A stretch of 64,000 nt of DNA from an uncultured Lentisphaerales bacterium (GCA_964615975.1 CAZTTH010000001.1:6559-70558); one strand, 5' to 3'; counted from the stretch's first letter, positions 21,439 to 32,939 are shown. Numbers and translations are program-made. The notes: generated from the sequence alone by a model not told the origin.

Positions 21439-24036
21439 TTATTCCTTGGATACACTACTTCGCGTGGAGAATTGGTAATCATTATCAAAATAATCGATTT
21501 CTAACGCCATGTTTTCACTGATTTCGTTGCCTATCAGCATACGTGAAATTGGCGTTTCCAAACGGCGGGAAATCACACGTTTCAATGGCCTTGCTCCATA
21601 TATCGGATCGTATCCCTCATGGGCTAATTGTTTTTTGGCATTTTCCGCAACAATCAAATCTATCTGCAGTTTTTTCAGTTTATCTTTAAATAATTCTAAC
21701 TGAATGTCTACAATTTTTACCAGGTCACAGTCGGATAATGATTTAAACACGACGATATCATCTATTCGATTGAGAAATTCTGGACGGAATATCTGACGTA
21801 ATGCCATCATGACCTCATCTTTTTTCTTTGCTTCGGTGAGCGATTCATCTAAAAGAATCCCGCTACCAACATTTGAGGTCATGATAATAATGGTATTTTT
21901 GAAATCGACAATATGTCCCTGGGAATCTGTCAAACGTCCATCATCAAGTAATTGCAATAACACATTAAATACTTCTGGATTAGCCTTTTCTATTTCATCA
22001 AAAAGTATCACGGCAAATGGATGTCGCCGAATGGCTTCGGTCAATTGTCCGCCTTCATCATATCCCACGTAGCCAGGGGGAGCGCCAATTAACCTGGATA
22101 CACTGTGTTTTTCCATGTATTCAGACATGTCAATGCGCACCAATGCACGTTCATCGTCAAACATTAATTCAGCAAGGGCACGGGCTAATTCGGTCTTACC
22201 TACTCCTGTTGGCCCTAAAAATATAAAACTACCAATTGGTCGATTGGGGTCTTTCAGACCTGCACGAGAGCGGAGTATGGCATCGGCAACCGCATCAACC
22301 GCTTCATTTTGGGATATTACTCGTTGATGAAGCAGGATGCCAAGTTGCAACAAGCGTTCCCGTTCACTTTGTAATAATTTGGTTATCGGGATGTGCATCC
22401 AACGACTGATTATTTCAGCAATATCGTTCTCATCAACCTCGCGTTTTAACAGTCTCTTTTCACCGGAATCGGCGATTCGTTTTTCAGCGTCATTTACCTG
22501 GCGTTCCAAATTAGGAATAATCCCATAACGCAGTTCGGCGACTTTATTCAAATCATAATTTCGTTCTGATTCTATGAGATTACGTTTCGCCAATTCGAGA
22601 GATTCTCTTAGGGCTTGGATATCGCTTATCGAATTTTTTTCCGCATCCCATTTGGCCTGCATAACCTGTAAATTCTCGTTGAGATCATACAAATCTTCTT
22701 CCAGTTTTTCCCTGCGTAAGTTTGATTCGTTATCACTTTCTTTTCTTAGTCCGGTAATTTCAATTTCCATTTGCAGTTTGCGCCGCGCTAATTCATCAAT
22801 TTCTACAGGACGACTATCAATCTCGGTCCGTAATTTTGCGGCAGCTTCATCGATCAGATCTATGGCTTTGTCCGGCAGGAATCGTTCGGAAATATAGCGA
22901 TTGGATAAAATTGCGGCACTGACAAGAGCGGAATCACGGAGGGTAACCCCATGATGTACTTCATAACGTTCCCTAAGGCCGCGTAAAATTGAAATGGTAT
23001 CTTCCACACTTGGTTGATCGACTAAAATTGTCTGAAATCGACGTTCAAGCGCCTTGTCTTTTTCAATGTGTTTGCGATATTCATTCAGAGTGGTGGCGCC
23101 AATACAATGAAGTTCACCACGCGCCAGCATTGGCTTTAAAAGATTCCCAGCGTCCATTGCGCCTTCTGCAGCGCCGGCACCAACCACGGTGTGTAGTTCA
23201 TCTATAAAAAGAATTATATCACCTTTTGCTTCAATGACTTCCTTGAGTACTGCCTTTAAACGTTCTTCGAATTCACCCCGATATTTTGCCCCAGCAATCA
23301 ATGCCCCCATATCGAGGGCGATAATGCGACGCTGCTTTAAGCCATCCGGAACGTCCTGTTGTATAATCCTTAATGCCAATCCTTCGACAATTGCAGTTTT
23401 ACCGACACCGGGATCACCGATCAGGACGGGATTATTTTTGGTGCGGCGTGATAAGATTTGAATAACCCGGCGAATCTCATCGTCACGGCCTATCACTGGA
23501 TCGAGTTTATGCTGTTGTGCTGCCGCAGTTAAGTCCCGTCCATATTTTTCTAATGCCTGAAATGTTGCTTCTGGAGTTGGTGAGGTAACCCGTTGATTGC
23601 CGCGAACTTCTCTTAGACCACCAAGAAGTTTAGCCTCATTGATACCAAATTTACCTATAATTGAATCACACTCATGATCCGTTTTGATTAAAGCGAGGAG
23701 TAAATGTTCGACGCTGACATAATCATCCTTCAGTTTTTTAGCGATTGATTGTGCTTCATTTAATGCCTGACTGAATTCACGGGTGGCAGATGGTTGTCCT
23801 ACACCGGGACCCGTAACTTTTGGTATCTTCATCAAAGATCGATCAATTTCATGTTTGATATCGTTAATCGCGACACCCAATTTTTCGAATAAAGCGGGGG
23901 TGAGCCCATTTTGCTGATTAACCAATGTGCTAAACAGATGTATTGGATGTAAATTCTGATGTTTCAACTCCGTAGCAAGTTGCTGAGTCACGACGAGTGA
24001 TTCTTGGGATTTTTCAGTAAAATTATTGATATTCAT
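21439..24036 (-). CDS. clpB: ATP-dependent chaperone ClpB
   Basis: 865 aa with an N-domain, two AAA+ modules (GDPGVGKT… and …[11 protein letters not shown]…), a long middle coiled coil and a C-terminal …[25 protein letters not shown]…. Confidence 0.95.
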   Translation of the reverse strand: MNINNFTEKSQESLVVTQQLATELKHQNLHPIHLFSTLVNQQNGLTPALFEKLGVAINDIKHEIDRSLMKIPKVTGPGVGQPSATREFSQALNEAQSIAKKLKDDYVSVEHLLLALIKTDHECDSIIGKFGINEAKLLGGLREVRGNQRVTSPTPEATFQALEKYGRDLTAAAQQHKLDPVIGRDDEIRRVIQILSRRTKNNPVLIGDPGVGKTAIVEGLALRIIQQDVPDGLKQRRIIALDMGALIAGAKYRGEFEERLKAVLKEVIEAKGDIILFIDELHTVVGAGAAEGAMDAGNLLKPMLARGELHCIGATTLNEYRKHIEKDKALERRFQTILVDQPSVEDTISILRGLRERYEVHHGVTLRDSALVSAAILSNRYISERFLPDKAIDLIDEAAAKLRTEIDSRPVEIDELARRKLQMEIEITGLRKESDNESNLRREKLEEDLYDLNENLQVMQAKWDAEKNSISDIQALRESLELAKRNLIESERNYDLNKVAELRYGIIPNLERQVNDAEKRIADSGEKRLLKREVDENDIAEIISRWMHIPITKLLQSERERLLQLGILLHQRVISQNEAVDAVADAILRSRAGLKDPNRPIGSFIFLGPTGVGKTELARALAELMFDDERALVRIDMSEYMEKHSVSRLIGAPPGYVGYDEGGQLTEAIRRHPFAVILFDEIEKANPEVFNVLLQLLDDGRLTDSQGHIVDFKNTIIIMTSNVGSGILLDESLTEAKKKDEVMMALRQIFRPEFLNRIDDIVVFKSLSDCDLVKIVDIQLELFKDKLKKLQIDLIVAENAKKQLAHEGYDPIYGARPLKRVISRRLETPISRMLIGNEISENMALEIDYFDNDYQFSTRSSVSKE

Positions 24037-24296
24037 GTATGATCTCTCGATTAATATGATTTAGTTATATTAATGAATTAAAAACCATTTCTCATTTCTG
24101 ATTCAACCTCTATTCTTACTCAATCAACATAGCAAATTATGTTCCTTGATGATGGTAATTATCATTACATATTTGCAGTTAAAGAATTGAGAGAATTTCA
24201 AGTTTTAATGTGAGGATAATTCATGGACAAGATGGCACACCAAAATCGGATAATGATGACCCCAAAATATTTTCAAAGTATGTTCATTGAATCATT

Positions 24297-25391
24297 ATGA
24301 AAATCCCTTTTTTTGATTTGGAAAAAAATAATCAAATTTATTTACCTGAATTACAGGAAGCCGTTGCTACTGCAGTTTCATCCGGGCGTTATATTTTGGG
24401 TGAAAATGTGGCTTTGTTTGAAGCTGAATTTGCTGCCTATTGCGGCACTCAGCATGCTATAGGTGTGAGCAATGGCCTTGATGCATTAACTTTGATTTTA
24501 CAGGGATTCGGCATCGGCAGGGATGATGAGGTCATTGTGCCGGCAAACACCTATATCGCGACCATACTGGCGATCACCAGAGTCGGTGCTAATCCTGTTT
24601 TAATAGAGCCGAATCTGACATTTTACAATATCGATCCGGAACTGATTCGCGCTAAAATCAGTTCAAACACTAAAGCCATCATGGTCGTGCATCTGTATGG
24701 TTTGGCAGCAGCTATGGAATCAATTGAAAGCATGGCAAAAGAATTTGGACTTGTTATCATTGAGGATGCGGCTCAGGCTCATGGTGCCTATTATCAACAA
24801 AGGCGAGTCGGGAATTTGGGAGATGCTGCGGGATTCAGTTTTTATCCAAGTAAGAATCTGGGAGCCTTGGGTGATGGGGGAATTATCACTACCAATAATC
24901 CTGAATTGTCAGCTAAGTTAAAGGCATTGCGCAATTATGGTTCAGAACAGAAATATGTCAATCTGTATAAGGGATACAATGCGCGTTTGGACGAAATTCA
25001 GGCAGCCGCATTACGTGTAAAAATCAAACATCTTGACTACGAAAATAAATGCCGCCGTCAGGTTGCTAGAGCCTATCGTGAGCAAATAACAAATCCCCAA
25101 GTGATCCTGCCTCAAACTCCGAATGAAAATCAGCATGTGTGGCATCTTTTTGTGGTGCGGGTCAAGGAACGTGAACACTTTCAAAATTACCTCAGAGAAC
25201 ATGGTATTGACACCTTGATTCATTATCCAATTCCGCCCCATAAACAAGCTGCTTTCAAAGAGTTGAATTCAATGTCCTTGCCGATCACTGAAACTATCCA
25301 TCGAGAAGTAATCAGTCTGCCCATGAGTCCAACCCTATCTGAAACCGAAATCGAATATGTTATTGCGATGATAAATAAATGGAAAAAATAA
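24297..25391 (+). CDS. DegT/DnrJ/EryC1/StrS-family sugar aminotransferase (second copy)
   Basis: 364 aa; [12 protein letters not shown]…[11 protein letters not shown]…HLYG… pattern of the WecE/ArnB-like family. Confidence 0.85.
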   Translation: MKIPFFDLEKNNQIYLPELQEAVATAVSSGRYILGENVALFEAEFAAYCGTQHAIGVSNGLDALTLILQGFGIGRDDEVIVPANTYIATILAITRVGANPVLIEPNLTFYNIDPELIRAKISSNTKAIMVVHLYGLAAAMESIESMAKEFGLVIIEDAAQAHGAYYQQRRVGNLGDAAGFSFYPSKNLGALGDGGIITTNNPELSAKLKALRNYGSEQKYVNLYKGYNARLDEIQAAALRVKIKHLDYENKCRRQVARAYREQITNPQVILPQTPNENQHVWHLFVVRVKEREHFQNYLREHGIDTLIHYPIPPHKQAAFKELNSMSLPITETIHREVISLPMSPTLSETEIEYVIAMINKWKK

Positions 25392-25460
25392 AATAAAACA
25401 GTGTTGATGAATGTGGTTGCAGTATTTCCCTGCCGATTTATAGTTTCAGACAGTTTAAAC

Positions 25461-25534
25461 GCGGGTATAGCATAGTGGTAATGCATCAGCTTCCCAAGCT
25501 GACGAGGAGAGTTCGATTCTCTCTACCCGCTCCA
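25461..25534 (+). tRNA. tRNA-Gly (anticodon CCC)
   Basis: Acceptor GCGGGTA pairs with TACCCGC, followed by CCA. Anticodon stem TCAGC/GCTGA with loop TTCCCAA. T-loop TTCGATTC. Confidence 0.85.
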
Positions 25535-25661
25535 CTCGTTTACCGCATGGTAAAGATGGGCTCAATGTGCAAATGATCAGTTGGATATCATTACTTCTCG
25601 GTTCAGTATTCTCGCTATCCATGAATCAATAAGTAATAAATATATTTAAACCCTGAATCAA

Positions 25662-27533
25662 TTACTTCACCGTTACAGTTTTTGCTAAATTGCGTGGTTG
25701 ATCGATGTTTTCACCGCGTAAATCAGCTATGTGGTAGGCAAGTAATTGTAACGGTATGGTTACAGTAATTGGCGAAACATACTCATCGGTTATTGGTATC
25801 CAAATCATATCGTTCGCCTGTGAAGCGACATCATTGGGATCAGCTGATATGTCGACACCCGTTTTGGGAATTTTTTCGTCTCCATCATATGCGACGGCAA
25901 TAATAGGTCCGCTGCGTGCCTTAATTTCCATTATGTTACCTATCATTTCATCGTATGTAGGGCCTTGACAAGCTATCGCTAGAACAAACATATTGGGTTC
26001 AACCAAGGCAATGGGACCGTGTTTCATCTCACCTGCTGAATATGCTTCGGCGTGTAAATAACTGATCTCCTTGAGCTTCAAGGCGCCTTCCATTGCAGAT
26101 GGCAGATTAATCCCTCGAGCCAGATACAATGCATTGGGTTTCTGGTAGTGTTTCTCCGCGATTTTAGCGATTTCGGGTTCACGCTTGAGAAGGAGCTCTG
26201 TTTGTTCAGGTAATTTGAGGATCGCGGCTTTAAGTTTTTCTAATTCTTCGGATGGATGTGATCCCCTTATTTGTGCGAAATACAACACCAATAATTCGAT
26301 AGTGAGTAGTTGCATGGTATAGGCTTTAGTAGAAGCAACACTGATTTCCGGACCAGCTTGAATATAGGCTACACCATCGCTCTCACGGGCGATAGTACTA
26401 TCGACGACATTGATAATTCCAATTACCTTGGCACCCTTTCGTTTCATAGCACGAAGCGCTTCCAGGGTATCAGCGGTTTCACCGGACTGACTGACAACTA
26501 TGCACAAGGTATTTTCGAGAATAACTGGATCTCGCTGTTTTAATTCCGCCGCTAAATCGGCTTCCGCAGGAATTTTAGCGATCCTGTCCATCAAAAATCT
26601 TCCTACCATACCCGCATGCATGGCGGTACCACATGCTGTAAAGATAACTTTCTTAAGATTTTTTATCTCATCGTGAGAAAGGCCGATTTTTTCGAATGAT
26701 ATTGGCTGGTTTGCGGTTCGCAGTCGACCGGAAAGGCAAGCGCGCATGGCATTAGGCTGCTCATGAATTTCTTTAATCATGAATTTTTTATAGCCGCCTT
26801 TTTGTGCTGCTTCTGCCGGCCAGGGAATAAGATATGGTTTTCGTTGTATAGGGTTGAAATCCAAATCGGTGATTTCGATACGGTCCCGGGTAATTCGGCA
26901 AATTTCATTATCATTTATGATATAAACCTGATCTGTTTCAGCCCGGATTGCTCCCATGTCTGAGGCAATGTAGTTTTCGTTTTCGCCAATTCCGATTACC
27001 AGTGGTGAAAAACGGCGAACCGCGATGATTTCATCGGGATGATCAACAGAGATACAACCGATTGCAAACGCTCCCTGCAAGTCCTTAATCGCTCTGGCGA
27101 CAGCTTGCCGCAAATCGCCTTGATAATAATGTTGCACCAGATGCGGCACAACTTCAGTGTCAGTTTGGCTGCGAAATACAAATCCCTTCGCGGTAAGATC
27201 CTTGCGTAATTCCTGGTAATTGTCGATAATGCCATTATGGACAACCGAGATTTTTTTATTATGACTAAGGTGAGGGTGAGAATTTTCTGTAGTCGGTTTG
27301 CCATGTGTAGCCCAACGAGTATGACCAATGCAAATGTTGCCGACTAGTGGTTTTTCTTCAAGTATGGCGGTTAAATTGGTAAGATTTCCAACTACCCTGC
27401 ATAATTCCAACCGATGATTATTAACAACAGATATACCTGCTGAATCATATCCTCGATATTCCAATCTCCGCAACCCCGCTAGGCAAATTGTCCATGCTTG
27501 ACGGTCACCGATATAACCTACTATTCCACACAT
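25662..27533 (-). CDS. glmS: glutamine--fructose-6-phosphate aminotransferase (isomerising)
   Basis: Start trimmed to MCGIVGYIG (Cys nucleophile). Two SIS domains and the C-terminal …PRNLAKTVTVK. The track ORF carries 25 spurious upstream codons. Confidence 0.95.
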   Translation of the reverse strand: MCGIVGYIGDRQAWTICLAGLRRLEYRGYDSAGISVVNNHRLELCRVVGNLTNLTAILEEKPLVGNICIGHTRWATHGKPTTENSHPHLSHNKKISVVHNGIIDNYQELRKDLTAKGFVFRSQTDTEVVPHLVQHYYQGDLRQAVARAIKDLQGAFAIGCISVDHPDEIIAVRRFSPLVIGIGENENYIASDMGAIRAETDQVYIINDNEICRITRDRIEITDLDFNPIQRKPYLIPWPAEAAQKGGYKKFMIKEIHEQPNAMRACLSGRLRTANQPISFEKIGLSHDEIKNLKKVIFTACGTAMHAGMVGRFLMDRIAKIPAEADLAAELKQRDPVILENTLCIVVSQSGETADTLEALRAMKRKGAKVIGIINVVDSTIARESDGVAYIQAGPEISVASTKAYTMQLLTIELLVLYFAQIRGSHPSEELEKLKAAILKLPEQTELLLKREPEIAKIAEKHYQKPNALYLARGINLPSAMEGALKLKEISYLHAEAYSAGEMKHGPIALVEPNMFVLAIACQGPTYDEMIGNIMEIKARSGPIIAVAYDGDEKIPKTGVDISADPNDVASQANDMIWIPITDEYVSPITVTIPLQLLAYHIADLRGENIDQPRNLAKTVTVK

Positions 27534-27718
27534 GTTTGAATCCCTTAATATGTTTGATCCTTGAATGATGTTTAGAAACGACGAAGTAATTTTCGCTTTA
27601 ATTGTCATTCATAAATTGTTAAACTGAATGTAAAAACTGGATGTAAATGAGCTGTGAAAGATAAGTTGGATTAGAATGGATTCAAATAGGCGATATAAAC
27701 TTAGAAAGTCAATTATCA

Positions 27719-28411
27719 ATGAATGCCCCACATCATAATTTTAATTTTACCCCGGTAGACTGGCTATTTATAACCGATGTACTTGCCATGAATGATCGGG
27801 AAGGGGACGCACTCATAAAATTATTCACTGATATCGAATCTTTAGATAAAATCCTCGATGATCCGCGACTTTTTGAGGCAATCTTGAATCGCCCTCAATG
27901 TGTTACCATATCGCCTCAGCTATATTTTTATATCTTGGCCCGGCAGGTGTTACTAAAAGCAAAAATCAACGAGTCGATATTAGCCAAATATCTGTCTGAT
28001 TTATTGGCTGATTTTGCAGGAATAAAAAAGGCTACTACCTCATCTGCGCTGGATGAATTTAACGGTCTGAATTCACTATCAGATTTATTGGCGTTATTAC
28101 CAACTGCGAATGAACCAATGAAATTCACCATACAGGTATATATCGGTAATTATATATTGTTCATGACTGGTATCTTCCCTGAATATATTCAACAAAGAAC
28201 TGAACGTCGGGCTGCGCCACAGATGTATTTTTATGAACATTTGGGGAGTGTGAACTATCGTTCAGCAAGCAAACAGCGGCGGGCATTCACGGACGGAACC
28301 AGTGAGATTTTCTGGCAATTGTCCGAGATGTTCCATGTTATTCGTTTGGCATTGAATGAATTAGCGGATCGATTGGTCTTTATCGAATCCCCTAGAATGA
28401 TATTGGCTTGA
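27719..28411 (+). CDS. hypothetical protein
   Basis: 230-aa ORF with no recognisable motif. Confidence 0.4.
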   Translation: MNAPHHNFNFTPVDWLFITDVLAMNDREGDALIKLFTDIESLDKILDDPRLFEAILNRPQCVTISPQLYFYILARQVLLKAKINESILAKYLSDLLADFAGIKKATTSSALDEFNGLNSLSDLLALLPTANEPMKFTIQVYIGNYILFMTGIFPEYIQQRTERRAAPQMYFYEHLGSVNYRSASKQRRAFTDGTSEIFWQLSEMFHVIRLALNELADRLVFIESPRMILA

Positions 28412-28492
28412 TCATAACAATAAATGAATATGTTATCAGATCATTGAAATAAACCTGCCATGTAGTACTTCCCGATTAACCATGTTATGTAG

Positions 28493-28915
28493 TTGGTTTG
28501 GTATTCAATTTCTTGGGGGATCAGTGTGATGTCCATCGCATTATTACTTGTCGATCATGGATCTACTCATGAGGCTGCTAATCAGATGTTAATCGATGTA
28601 GCCCAATTGGTGCAAAACTTACAGCCAGAGATCATGGTGGAATATGCTCATATGGAGTTGGCCGAACCAACTCTTGAACAAGGTATTGCGGCATGTGTAG
28701 AAAAGGGAGCACTTACTGTCGTTGTTCACCCATTTATGCTTTCACCGGGTCGTCATGCCACTGTCGATATTCCGCGCATGGTAAACAAAGCAGCCGATTA
28801 TTATCCAGGAATTAATATAAGTGTTACCGAACCATTGGGTTTACATGTGAAAATCGCGGAAGTTATTCTGATTCGCGCTAATTTGATATCAAAAACCCAA
28901 GCCAATTTAGATTAA
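28493..28915 (+). CDS. cbiX: CbiX-type sirohydrochlorin chelatase (short form)
   Basis: …SIALLLVDHGSTHEAANQ…TVVVHPFMLSPGRH… are CbiX motifs. The true start may be the internal Met at about 28532. Confidence 0.7.
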   Translation: MVWYSISWGISVMSIALLLVDHGSTHEAANQMLIDVAQLVQNLQPEIMVEYAHMELAEPTLEQGIAACVEKGALTVVVHPFMLSPGRHATVDIPRMVNKAADYYPGINISVTEPLGLHVKIAEVILIRANLISKTQANLD

Positions 28916-28942
28916 TTTAATAAGCAGTTATAGCGCATATCT

Positions 28943-30112
28943 TTACCGTCTGTGCAAGGTTAAGATACTGAGGAAAAATGATGATAATATAATCTGGTAG
29001 CCAAGAGCGGTCAGCATGGCACCGGGGATGACCAACCGCATGGTATTGCGGTAATCCAAGCGCCCAAAGTTGGATTCATGCCAAATTAAAATGGCGATAA
29101 GTAACAGCACGGTCCCCAATATTAGTAAACTTGCACCACCCAAAAGACGTTTTTCCAGTTTATGATTATCCGTTTCAATTTCACGTTCCTTCCAATTGGG
29201 AAGAAAACCTTCTGACAATGCAAACGATTGAGTGAATTCCCCAAAGAGAATTGATTGGTATCCTAAGAGAATAAAGAGACTGGCGAATAACAAAGTATGA
29301 CCTTCAAAAGTGATACCTTGAATGGTTAATCCCGGTAGGGCAATGACATAACCTAATAAGCCCAAAAAAAAGCAGCAATAACCGGGAATACGATACAGCC
29401 ATTGCGGCGAACACATTAAAAAATACCGAAGAGTTCGCCAACCGTCACGAACGGTACGCAAATGAGAGCGGTGAGTTTTTCGGCCATCTTGATGGAGGGT
29501 AATTGGAACTTCACATATATTGGCGCCGAGCAAGCTGGATTTGATGATCATTTCCACCGCAAACTCCATGCCTGTGCAACGCAGGTTCATCCGCAGGTAA
29601 TGTGTTTTGGTAAAACCGCGCATTCCACAATAAATATCATGAATCTGGCTGTTAAACCACCATTTCGCCATTAACGAAAACATTGGGTTACCCCACCACT
29701 CATGAGAGATTGGCATGGCGCCCGGTTTTATGGTTCCACCACCTGAAGCAAGTCGACATCCTTGTACCAGATCAAATCCGGATCGGAGTTTTTCGATAAA
29801 TTTTGGTAATTCCAAAAAGTCATAGCTATCATCTGAATCTCCAATTATGATATATTGGCCAGACGAAGCATCGATCCCAGACATCAATGCATTGCCATAA
29901 CCGCGCTCAAGTGCTTTTACAACTTTAGCGCCCGACTTTTCTGCAATTACAATCGATGAGTCATTGCTGCCATTATCAGCGACGATGATTTCTCCCTTTA
30001 GTTGGTATTCGCTGAAAATTTTATTGATCTTTTTAAGACATGAGCCTAGAGTGTCAGCTTCATTCAAGCAAGGGATGACAATCGATACTTCTATGGGATA
30101 TTCTGGATTCAT
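28943..30112 (-). CDS. GT2-family glycosyltransferase with C-terminal membrane domain (polyprenyl-phosphate sugar synthase-like)
   Basis: 389 aa; N-terminal VSIVIPCLNEADTLG…IIVADNGSNDSS…IIGDSDDSYD matches GT2 DXD motifs. Four C-terminal TM helices. Confidence 0.8.
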   Translation of the reverse strand: MNPEYPIEVSIVIPCLNEADTLGSCLKKINKIFSEYQLKGEIIVADNGSNDSSIVIAEKSGAKVVKALERGYGNALMSGIDASSGQYIIIGDSDDSYDFLELPKFIEKLRSGFDLVQGCRLASGGGTIKPGAMPISHEWWGNPMFSLMAKWWFNSQIHDIYCGMRGFTKTHYLRMNLRCTGMEFAVEMIIKSSLLGANICEVPITLHQDGRKTHRSHLRTVRDGWRTLRYFLMCSPQWLYRIPGYCCFFLGLLGYVIALPGLTIQGITFEGHTLLFASLFILLGYQSILFGEFTQSFALSEGFLPNWKEREIETDNHKLEKRLLGGASLLILGTVLLLIAILIWHESNFGRLDYRNTMRLVIPGAMLTALGYQIILSSFFLSILTLHRR

Positions 30113-30370
30113 AAGTCTTGAAAAGGAGTATGGTGTGTTATATGAACAGTATCTGATAATATGATTTCAGATGAAGTTCATCAACTTGCAAGGTCATGCT
30201 GACAATTGGTATTTTGCAAATACTGTATATGGTTGGAATCAGTTAATGGTGTTATAAAATTTTATTATACTATGTCGTGTGCCGATGATAAAGGCTTAAT
30301 ATTATCTGAGGCTGAGTTAATTATTCAATTCATTGTCTGGGAATGATAATAGTCCTTGAAGAGGAAGTTT

Positions 30371-31636
30371 ATGATTCGTTTAATTGAAGCCTTAAATTTT
30401 CGCAATCTAAATTATATTCGCCAACCGGTTCATAACTTTCAAGTGTTGATTGGTACTAATGGTTCTGGCAAGTCGAATTTTCTTGACATACTTTCCTTTT
30501 TAGGACGATTTATATCCAAAGGAGCGAAAGTGGCCATCACCGAACGAAGTAATAATTTTCGTGATTTGACCTGGCGTCGAAATGCCAACCGTTTTGAATT
30601 GGCAATCGAAGCTGAAATCCCCCCAGAACATCGACGTCCCTTAGACTCCCCTGAATACGATATCATTCGTTATGAGTTCGCAATTGGTATCACCCCTGAA
30701 AACCAGGATCTGATTTCATTTGATGAACAGATTACTTTGATTCAACAAAGCGAAATGACGGAGAGTGCGGTCAGCTCTTTGGAGAAAATCCCAGATACAG
30801 TATTCGTTGCTGACTACCACCAAATGTATAAGCAACTAATAGCCTATGATGAAAAGGGGAATTTATTGTTGTACCCGGAAGAGTCATTTGAAAATCAGGG
30901 GTGCCTGACATCTGACAATTACCTTTTACCCAACCGTCTCGAACCCAACCTATCGGTTTTTTGCGCCATACAAGCTTTCGAGAATGAATTTCCAGCTGCC
31001 AATTGGCTGGTACGTTTTCTCACTCAAAGTTTGTTTCAAATTCGATTGGATAGCTCCACCATGCGTCAACTCAGTCGTTATGGTCAGGAGTTTCTATTTA
31101 CCGAATATGGCGCCAAGCTGCATTGGGTAATCGAACGAATTAAAAAGGAAACACCAGATCGATTTGTTGATTGGTTGACGCAAATAAAATCACTGATGCC
31201 AGACCTCGAAGATATTGTCATCCATGAACGTCCAGATGACCGAAAAAAAATTATTGCAATCCGTTATAATGATGGGTTTGAAATCCCATCGGGTTTAATG
31301 TCAGAAGGGCTCCTGCGCTTGCTGGCGTTGACCAGTCTGCCATATTTTCCTGATAAGGGTTATCTATGTATTATTGAGGAACCTGAGAATAATCTGCATC
31401 CATTAGCTTTGGAGATTGTTATCCGGAATTTACGATCGAATTTTTCTGGTCAGATCATAATGACTACTTATTCGCCATTTGCTTTGGGATTATGCCATGC
31501 GCATGAGGTGCTGATATTTTCTGCTGATTCCCAACATGGCGCCCAAATTACCAGTGGTTCACAACACCCTGGTATCTCATATAATTTGGCTGACAGTGGA
31601 TTAAAGACTTTATTTGAAATGGGGGAATTGAATTAG
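30371..31636 (+). CDS. orphan AAA_21/ABC-type ATPase (OLD/PtuA/AriA-like P-loop protein)
   Basis: ATG at 30371 is preceded by GAAGAGGAAG. Walker A is VLIGTNGSGKSNFLD. ABC-signature-like region plus Walker B/D-loop is LLRLLALTSL…YLCIIEEPENNLHPLALE. H-loop-like region is QIIMTTYSPFAL. There is no fused nuclease domain and no partner gene. Confidence 0.7.
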   Translation: MIRLIEALNFRNLNYIRQPVHNFQVLIGTNGSGKSNFLDILSFLGRFISKGAKVAITERSNNFRDLTWRRNANRFELAIEAEIPPEHRRPLDSPEYDIIRYEFAIGITPENQDLISFDEQITLIQQSEMTESAVSSLEKIPDTVFVADYHQMYKQLIAYDEKGNLLLYPEESFENQGCLTSDNYLLPNRLEPNLSVFCAIQAFENEFPAANWLVRFLTQSLFQIRLDSSTMRQLSRYGQEFLFTEYGAKLHWVIERIKKETPDRFVDWLTQIKSLMPDLEDIVIHERPDDRKKIIAIRYNDGFEIPSGLMSEGLLRLLALTSLPYFPDKGYLCIIEEPENNLHPLALEIVIRNLRSNFSGQIIMTTYSPFALGLCHAHEVLIFSADSQHGAQITSGSQHPGISYNLADSGLKTLFEMGELN

Positions 31637-31724
31637 AAAATCATCTCTTGGTTTTGTTAAGGTCACCATTTCTATGATTATTCAACTATAAACTTAGCTT
31701 ATCATTGTCAGGGAATGATTAAGA

Positions 31725-32939
31725 TTAATTCGTTATCGTTGGCGTCAGAGTTGTGAGTGAACATTTCATAAGTTCAGGAATATCGAGTTTGGATTCTTCA
31801 TCAAGTACACGGCCAAGCAAGGCGCCGGTAGCAGGCGATCGTGGTTCAAACACTACGCAACAATCTGGACTATATTGTTCCGATATTTCCAAAGTGCCAA
31901 TCCTGCGTCCGATCGACACGGTCTCATACTTATCCATGCTGATTAATGGCCGAAGGATCAAATAATCTGTAGCGCGATTGATTGCATCCATGTTTTTGAG
32001 CGTTTGACTAGCTACTTGTCCGACGACATCACCCGTTACCAATGCTGTTAATTTCAAAACCCGCGCCACGTGTGCGGCTATGCGTATCATCAATCGCCGG
32101 TAAAGAATGGTGCGATATTTATCCAGGCAAATATCCCGGATGATTTTTTGCGCTGCACTGATATTGCAAGCGTACAAGATTCCTGCGGTCTGATAACGAT
32201 TTAAGACTTTGACCAGTTGCCCCACCTTATCCAATGTTTCTGCTGGAGTGTAGGGATAACTGTGAAAAGTGAGAAAATGCAATCGGGTTCCACGTTTCAT
32301 TGCAAGATAACTGGCCACCGGTGAATCGATCCCTCCGGATAATAATGACAATGCGCTTCCATTCGTTCCACTGGGAAGCCCACCTGGACCGGGAAACTCA
32401 TTAAAATAAATGAAGCTCCAATGTTCTCTAATCTCGAGACCAATATCGATCTTTGCCTCCTTAAGATTCAACTGCAAGCGCGGATAACCACGTAAGAATA
32501 AGTCCGAAAAATGGATTTCAATTTCCTGTGAAGTCATGGGAAATGGTTTCCATCCCCGTCGGGCACGCATACGATAAGTGATTGGCGTGTCATCTCCAAT
32601 CTGACCAGCACTGAGTTGATAAATTTCGGGGAAATGACTCTTGATGGCTGCCACAATGGTGGAAAAATCCGTTGCTACCTTGATCCCTGGGGAATAGGAT
32701 GATAGGCCAAAAACCAGAGGCATTCGACTATAAATGCCTGCGAGTTGTTCAGTAGTAAAAGGTTGAAAGCGGGATTGGTGCAATAATATCCGGCCGCGTT
32801 CACGCAGGAAAAGCGGCTCCATAATGTCCTGTATGGTCCGTTTGATCCCAGTCAAAAACAGCCGTTCGAACATACCGCGATTATGTCCCTTGGTGGCTAT
32901 TTCATTGTACCGACACATGATTGTGTTATACAGCGGCAT
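31725..32939 (-). CDS. thiI: tRNA 4-thiouridine synthase / thiamine biosynthesis protein ThiI
   Basis: Start trimmed to an internal Met (MPLYNTIMCRYNEIATKGHNR…), leaving THUMP and PP-loop ATPase regions (SGGIDSPVA). The 24 upstream codons in the track ORF are translation of the tRNA-Gln repeat. Confidence 0.85.
   Translation of the reverse strand: MPLYNTIMCRYNEIATKGHNRGMFERLFLTGIKRTIQDIMEPLFLRERGRILLHQSRFQPFTTEQLAGIYSRMPLVFGLSSYSPGIKVATDFSTIVAAIKSHFPEIYQLSAGQIGDDTPITYRMRARRGWKPFPMTSQEIEIHFSDLFLRGYPRLQLNLKEAKIDIGLEIREHWSFIYFNEFPGPGGLPSGTNGSALSLLSGGIDSPVASYLAMKRGTRLHFLTFHSYPYTPAETLDKVGQLVKVLNRYQTAGILYACNISAAQKIIRDICLDKYRTILYRRLMIRIAAHVARVLKLTALVTGDVVGQVASQTLKNMDAINRATDYLILRPLISMDKYETVSIGRRIGTLEISEQYSPDCCVVFEPRSPATGALLGRVLDEESKLDIPELMKCSLTTLTPTITN

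Noticed and set aside
21509-23461. Several 60-110-aa plus-strand ORFs inside clpB
   Set aside because: They are antisense to a strongly supported 865-aa ClpB gene, with no motifs. Typical shadow ORFs.
27534-27718. Possible glmS ribozyme upstream of glmS
   Set aside because: None of the conserved glmS-ribozyme core elements are visible in the 185-bp leader. glmS ribozymes are mainly a Gram-positive feature.
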